Part shown: positions 59,928-64,000 of the stretch, piece after piece | How the letters are laid out: every line of letters starts with the position of its first letter | How positions within the stretch are numbered: the stretch's first letter is position 1 | The notes under the pieces: generated by a model | Database searches by the model: none | The model's input: the letters and a program-made list of their open reading frames with translations, nothing else | What the model was told of the DNA's origin: nothing | Position numbers and translations under genes: made by a program | Source: an uncultured bacterium | GTDB taxonomy: Bacteria > Oederibacteriota > PGYV01 > Palsa-1178 | Length of the DNA: 64,000 nucleotides | Direction: 5' to 3' | Assembly: GCA_937889595.1 (NCBI GenBank) | Contig: CALAOR010000076.1 | Coordinates: 159,783 to 223,782, forward strand

Positions 59928-60905
59928 ATGGCAAAGTCAAAAAAAACGAGAAGAAAAGAACCAAAAGTAGTTGCAACTGTATTGCCGGTCAAGGAGGCGT
60001 CGCCGAAAAAAAACGGGGTGCTGATATTCTTTTTATTCGTGCTGGTGATTTTTACGTCTGTTGAAATATTTATGGTTGCACAGCAAAAAATAAAGCAAAA
60101 TAAAAGGCCGGAATTTATCATGTCCTGGCCGTCCGAATATAAAAAGGGACTTACCTCCATGGGCGAATACGGAGATTTTATTTATGGTGTGGAAAATACC
60201 AGTACCGGCCTTGTTTACAAAATAGACAAGAAGGACGGGTCTTTAGCTTTTCTCTTTCAGCTGCCGGAACTGGTTTATTCCGCGGTGCAGGATTCAAAAG
60301 GTGATATTTACATACTTGATAAAAAGAATACAATCCATGTGTTTGGACCGGATAATAAACTTAAGAAGAAAATAAATGTTGATGACGCGAAGACCGCGGG
60401 TTGGATAGAGGTTGATTCAAAAGATAACTTCTATGTGGTGGATCTTACTTCTTCGATAATAACAAAATATGACCCGAATTTCAAAAAGATATTCAGTTTT
60501 GGCGGGAGAGGCATAGGCAATGAGAATTTTACAAATGTTGGAAAAGTTTTTGACGGGCCGAATGACCAGTTGTATTGCGTGAATATGCTGGATGAAAATA
60601 AGGCGCAGATTAAAATTTTTGATTCCAACGGCAAATATAAAAAAAGCTGGCTTATAAAGAATGTGAAGAAGTTCACATTTCTTGAAAATCTCGCAATCTT
60701 ACCGGATGGGTATGTTTATTTAAATTCTTTTGCCGACAGTCTGATATATGTTTTCGACAACAATGGAAAATTCAAGGGTACATTTGATACGGACATTGGC
60801 AAAAAGTTTTTAATTACAAGCCCATCTTCGATAACCGGCGGTAAAAACGGTATTATTTACGTTGCGACCCATGATCTGGTTGCTTTTAAACCGATAAAGT
60901 ATTAA
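59928..60905 (+). CDS. membrane-anchored NHL-repeat / beta-propeller protein
   Basis: AGGAG RBS. N-terminal K/R-rich segment plus a TM helix (VLIFFLFVLVIFTSV). Repeated blades are present: DSKGDIYILD, DSKDNFYVVD, PNDQLYCVNM, DGYVYLNS and NGIIYVAT. Confidence 0.6.
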   Translation: MAKSKKTRRKEPKVVATVLPVKEASPKKNGVLIFFLFVLVIFTSVEIFMVAQQKIKQNKRPEFIMSWPSEYKKGLTSMGEYGDFIYGVENTSTGLVYKIDKKDGSLAFLFQLPELVYSAVQDSKGDIYILDKKNTIHVFGPDNKLKKKINVDDAKTAGWIEVDSKDNFYVVDLTSSIITKYDPNFKKIFSFGGRGIGNENFTNVGKVFDGPNDQLYCVNMLDENKAQIKIFDSNGKYKKSWLIKNVKKFTFLENLAILPDGYVYLNSFADSLIYVFDNNGKFKGTFDTDIGKKFLITSPSSITGGKNGIIYVATHDLVAFKPIKY

Positions 60906-60929
60906 TTTAACCGCATATAAGTTACTGTA

Positions 60930-60958
60930 AAAAAGGCGGCCGAAAGGCCGCTTTTTTT
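60930..60958 (+). terminator. rho-independent terminator closing the ~30-kb co-directional block
   Basis: AAAAA-GGCGGCC-GAAA-GGCCGC-TTTTTTT, 25 nt after the stop of 59928..60905. Confidence 0.85.
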
Positions 60959-61120
60959 ATTGCCATAAACAACATGGCCTGAATGCGCTAATTGCCCGGT
61001 AATAGGCCTGATGTATAATGCCGATATGCCGGGTTTTCAGCATTGATTTATGATATGAACAAATTGAGTTGGAAACGGCCGACTTTAAGTTTCTTTCATG
61101 TTTTATTGAGGCTTTTATCA

Positions 61121-61149
61121 TTGACACTATGCTGAAATTCAATTATAAT
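61121..61149 (+). promoter_or_regulatory. consensus sigma70 promoter (TTGACA-17-TATAAT)
   Basis: TTGACA at 61121-61126 and TATAAT at 61144-61149, both perfect hexamers. Confidence 0.7.
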
Positions 61150-61183
61150 TAACAAAAGAGTTAAAATGGAAAGGAGTTTTACA

Positions 61184-62923
61184 ATGAAAAAATCTTATAT
61201 TCATACTTTGGTAATACTTCTTGCGATCATTACTATCGGCATAGTCAGTTCCGTCACTGATAATAAATACATTACCAAGGTTTACGCATATGTGTCCGGG
61301 TATATTCCCGTTACACCAACTTTCTACTGGGTGAGTCCTTTTACGGTTAATGATTTTGACACAAATCACGGCCCGGTGGTCATGGGATATCCCCCGCTTG
61401 GCTCTGAAGTTGATTATACGGGGTGGCAAAAGTCATATTTCGGCGCTGTGCCTTATCCAACGCCCCAAATTTCAGACTGCGCCAACAATGCATGCCCTTC
61501 GCCTATCGGGGATACCATGATACCTGGCACCGCTCATAACAGCGGTTTTCTGCGCGTTGAGTGGACGGGTAGTAACAACAATGATCCCCAATACATTCAC
61601 CTGACTAATTATGCACAGGCCACGCCCGGTTCTTATGGGATGAATTTTCAAAACGTCAACTGCAACGGCGGCCTTGTATCGGGCTTAGTCACTTTGACGG
61701 CATCCACATCCGGTACGTTCGGGGACTGGGGATGTTACGGGTACATGCGGCTTTATTTGTATAATAATTTTGGGGCAAATAACGGTTCGCAGTCCGCGGT
61801 TTCCCAGACAGTAATGCTTTTTGACGGTTCTATGACTATTACCACGGGCGCGATTACTGCCGAATCGCTCGGAGGCCCGTCACTATGGGTTAACCATCTG
61901 ACAGTGTCGCTTAATTACCTTTCCAATCAATATAATAACGTAACGGGCCGTTATTTCAGCGTGACCAATATAACAGATGTAATTATACCGGCCTCAGGGA
62001 CTGATTTCACCGGCCGTCTGGCTCCGGCAAATCCGGCAGCTTTTTCACCGGGAGCCGGTTCACTTTTCATGTATTATGACTGGCTGGTGCTTGGAGATTC
62101 TACAGCAGTTCCCGCTTACCAATCGCCTTCAAATATAAGTGTGACAACAGCTTTTGGCCCCGGGCCAATAGGCGCGTATATTGACTGGACAGCCATAGAC
62201 CCGGCTACATATGGGGCGTCCAATACGATAACAGCTTATCATATTTACAGGTCCAAAATCAGCAGTCCCGGCACTCCGGGCGTCCCTGGTACGGGAGGCC
62301 CGTACATATCTGTTGCTATTGTGCCGGTAAACCCGGTGGCGCCTATGAATGTTTCGAGTTATGTTGATACGCTGGTGCCGGGCGGCTCGGTTTACTGTTA
62401 TAAAGTCCTCACATGCAATAACGGCCCGACAATCAACGCGCCTGATGAAAAATATAATACAATAAATGCCTCGTATCATGAACCGCGGCTTAACGACACT
62501 ATCGTCATAGAAAAGTGTGGATATGTCGCGGCAAGGCCGACATTTACGCCGACTCCACCGCCCTACATCGGGACGCCAACAATAACGCCGACACAAGGGC
62601 CGCCTACAGGAGATGTAAATATTAAAGATGCGCATGTTTATCCTAATCCGTTTAATCCGAATGCCGGTTCAGGTTTTTTTCATGTAGGAAACGTCAAGAT
62701 TGGCACTAAAATACACATATATGCCATGGATGGCATGCTTGTGAAGGACGGTGTTTATTCGGAAGGTTTGGCATTTACTTGGAACGGCAAAAATAAAAAC
62801 GGTTCCAAAGTCGTTTCAGGCCTTTATTATCTTGTGCTTGAGGATCCGCAGCATAAAACCGCGGTCTTCAGGATTATAGTCTGTTATAAGTGTGATCCTG
62901 TTTATCACGCCCCTACCCCATAG
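61184..62923 (+). CDS. secreted protein with Fn3-like segment, short P/T linker and FlgD-Ig/T9SS-CTD-like C-terminal domain
   Basis: ATG 61184 follows AAAGGAG (the ORF track starts at 61166). Signal/anchor MKKSYIHTLVILLAIITIGIV. Linker PTFTPTPPPYIGTPTITPTQGPP. The terminal domain reads VYPNPFNPNAG..IHIYAMDGMLV..FTWNGKNKNG..SGLYYLVL...FRIIV. Confidence 0.65.
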   Translation: MKKSYIHTLVILLAIITIGIVSSVTDNKYITKVYAYVSGYIPVTPTFYWVSPFTVNDFDTNHGPVVMGYPPLGSEVDYTGWQKSYFGAVPYPTPQISDCANNACPSPIGDTMIPGTAHNSGFLRVEWTGSNNNDPQYIHLTNYAQATPGSYGMNFQNVNCNGGLVSGLVTLTASTSGTFGDWGCYGYMRLYLYNNFGANNGSQSAVSQTVMLFDGSMTITTGAITAESLGGPSLWVNHLTVSLNYLSNQYNNVTGRYFSVTNITDVIIPASGTDFTGRLAPANPAAFSPGAGSLFMYYDWLVLGDSTAVPAYQSPSNISVTTAFGPGPIGAYIDWTAIDPATYGASNTITAYHIYRSKISSPGTPGVPGTGGPYISVAIVPVNPVAPMNVSSYVDTLVPGGSVYCYKVLTCNNGPTINAPDEKYNTINASYHEPRLNDTIVIEKCGYVAARPTFTPTPPPYIGTPTITPTQGPPTGDVNIKDAHVYPNPFNPNAGSGFFHVGNVKIGTKIHIYAMDGMLVKDGVYSEGLAFTWNGKNKNGSKVVSGLYYLVLEDPQHKTAVFRIIVCYKCDPVYHAPTP

Positions 62924-62980
62924 AAGAACTGCGGGCTTATTATATCCGGAATTAAATTACTAAAATTTGAGGAGCGCATA

Positions 62981-64000
62981 ATGAAGAAATTTGCGGCAGC
63001 TGCGGGCATTTTGCTTTTTGCTTCGGTTTTATTTGCCTCGGAATTTGGCGGGGTAACTGCTTCCCCGTATTTAAACATAGGGGTTGGCGCGCGCGCCAGC
63101 GGCATGGGTGAGGCTTATACAGCCATAGTGGATAACGTTGACGCGAGCTTCTGGAACCCCGGAGCTTTGGTTAAGGTCGAAAATCCCCAGTTTTCCCTCA
63201 TGCATAACCAGAATTTCGGCGGTACGTCATATGAGTATCTTGCCGTGGGTTTCCCCGCCGAACAGCTTGGTTTTAACATCTGGGGAACCATAGGAATTTC
63301 AGCTCTGCTTGTCAGGGTGGAAGATGTGGCAACGACAAAGGAAGATTTATCGGGGAATTGGTCGCAGGAGCAGGCGATTTTAGGCGAGGTTTACGGGGTA
63401 GGAGGCACTGTCCTGGGGCTTTCATACAGCTGGCAGGCCGCAAAGCAGTTCGCGGTCGGGGCCACATTAAAACTTATCAACCAGAAAGTTGCACTTGAAG
63501 AAGGCTGGATACCGGCCATGGATATAGGGATACTTGTAAATACAAATCTGCCGGGATTTGACCTGGGTATGGTTTTTCAGAATGTTTCTTTCATGCAGAT
63601 GAACCAGGTTAAAGGCGCGCCAAACGCGCCGCTTCCGCTGAACCTGAAATTCGGCCTTGGATATAAAACAAAAAGGATGTTCACTTCCGAAGACGACCCG
63701 CGTGACGGTTTTGCCATAGACATAGACGGCATCCTACCGTTACAGCCGGCAAATATGCCATTTGGCCTGAATTTTGGTATGGAATATATGATGAACTTCG
63801 GCGACAACCTTTTCAAGCCGAGGTTTGGCTACAGGTTTAACGGAAACGCGTTCATATCTGATTTAGGCTGGTTTTCGGGCTTTACTTTTGGTTTTGGTTA
63901 TTCCAGGAATTTTGACGGTGTGGATGTGGGCGTAGATTACGCGTTCATTCCTTTCGGTGAGCTTGGCATGTCAAACAGGGTGGGTATGACCATTAACGTG
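62981..64000 (+). CDS. PorV/PorQ-family-like outer-membrane beta-barrel (3' end outside window)
   Basis: This ORF is not in the supplied track. I translated it by hand: ATG at 62981 after GGAG, with 340 sense codons to the window edge. Signal peptide MKKFAAAAGILLFASVLFA. N-terminal motif GVGARASGMGEAYTAIVDNVDASFWNPGAL. Alternating aromatic/hydrophobic strands continue to the end. Confidence 0.5.
   Translation, partial: MKKFAAAAGILLFASVLFASEFGGVTASPYLNIGVGARASGMGEAYTAIVDNVDASFWNPGALVKVENPQFSLMHNQNFGGTSYEYLAVGFPAEQLGFNIWGTIGISALLVRVEDVATTKEDLSGNWSQEQAILGEVYGVGGTVLGLSYSWQAAKQFAVGATLKLINQKVALEEGWIPAMDIGILVNTNLPGFDLGMVFQNVSFMQMNQVKGAPNAPLPLNLKFGLGYKTKRMFTSEDDPRDGFAIDIDGILPLQPANMPFGLNFGMEYMMNFGDNLFKPRFGYRFNGNAFISDLGWFSGFTFGFGYSRNFDGVDVGVDYAFIPFGELGMSNRVGMTINV

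Overview
This is a bacterial chromosomal window with no rRNA or tRNA genes. The lineage cannot be fixed from the sequence alone. FlgD-Ig/T9SS-type C-terminal domains, a PorV/PorQ-like barrel and consensus sigma70 promoters suggest a diderm organism, probably uncultivated.

The window falls into four blocks.

(1) 1-4.4 kb: the 3' part of a lid-less Hsp70; a PilB/GspE/MshE-like NTPase homologue with degenerate Walker A/B and His-box residues but largely intact N-terminal MshEN-type motifs; and an Ig-like surface protein.

(2) 4.4-25.5 kb, an accessory-looking region:
- two REP-associated tyrosine transposase (RAYT) genes embedded in their own REPIN arrays;
- a yefM-yoeB toxin-antitoxin pair abutting the orphan 3' end of a destroyed surface-protein gene;
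- four loci (five genes, 805-1371 aa) of one paralogous surface-protein family. The family plan is a conserved ~650-700-aa head, a 240-360-aa linker in an almost unbroken T-x-T-x register, and three FlgD-Ig/CTD-like modules. Each locus has a near-consensus promoter and a conserved leader.

(3) 25.5-61 kb, a glycosylation island:
- duplicated DPM1-like GT2 plus B12-radical-SAM pairs;
- CDP-3,6-dideoxyhexose genes (rfbF-rfbG-rfbH), followed by a GtrA-like protein, a YerE-like ThDP enzyme, an HMGL-type aldolase, an SDR and a dehydroquinate-synthase-like enzyme;
- a GtrB/ArnC-like polyprenyl-phosphate GT2;
- four paralogous 915-1165-aa GT-C (PMT/ArnT-like) transferases, each ending in PA14-like modules, interleaved with three methyltransferases.

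(4) 61-64 kb: another CTD-bearing protein and a PorV/PorQ-like outer-membrane barrel whose 3' end lies outside the window.

Main hypothesis: blocks 2-4 together encode a lipid-linked, extracytoplasmic glycosylation system acting on the Thr-register linkers of the surface-protein family. This is inference from gene content and adjacency only. All family names come from motif recognition by eye, not from database searches.
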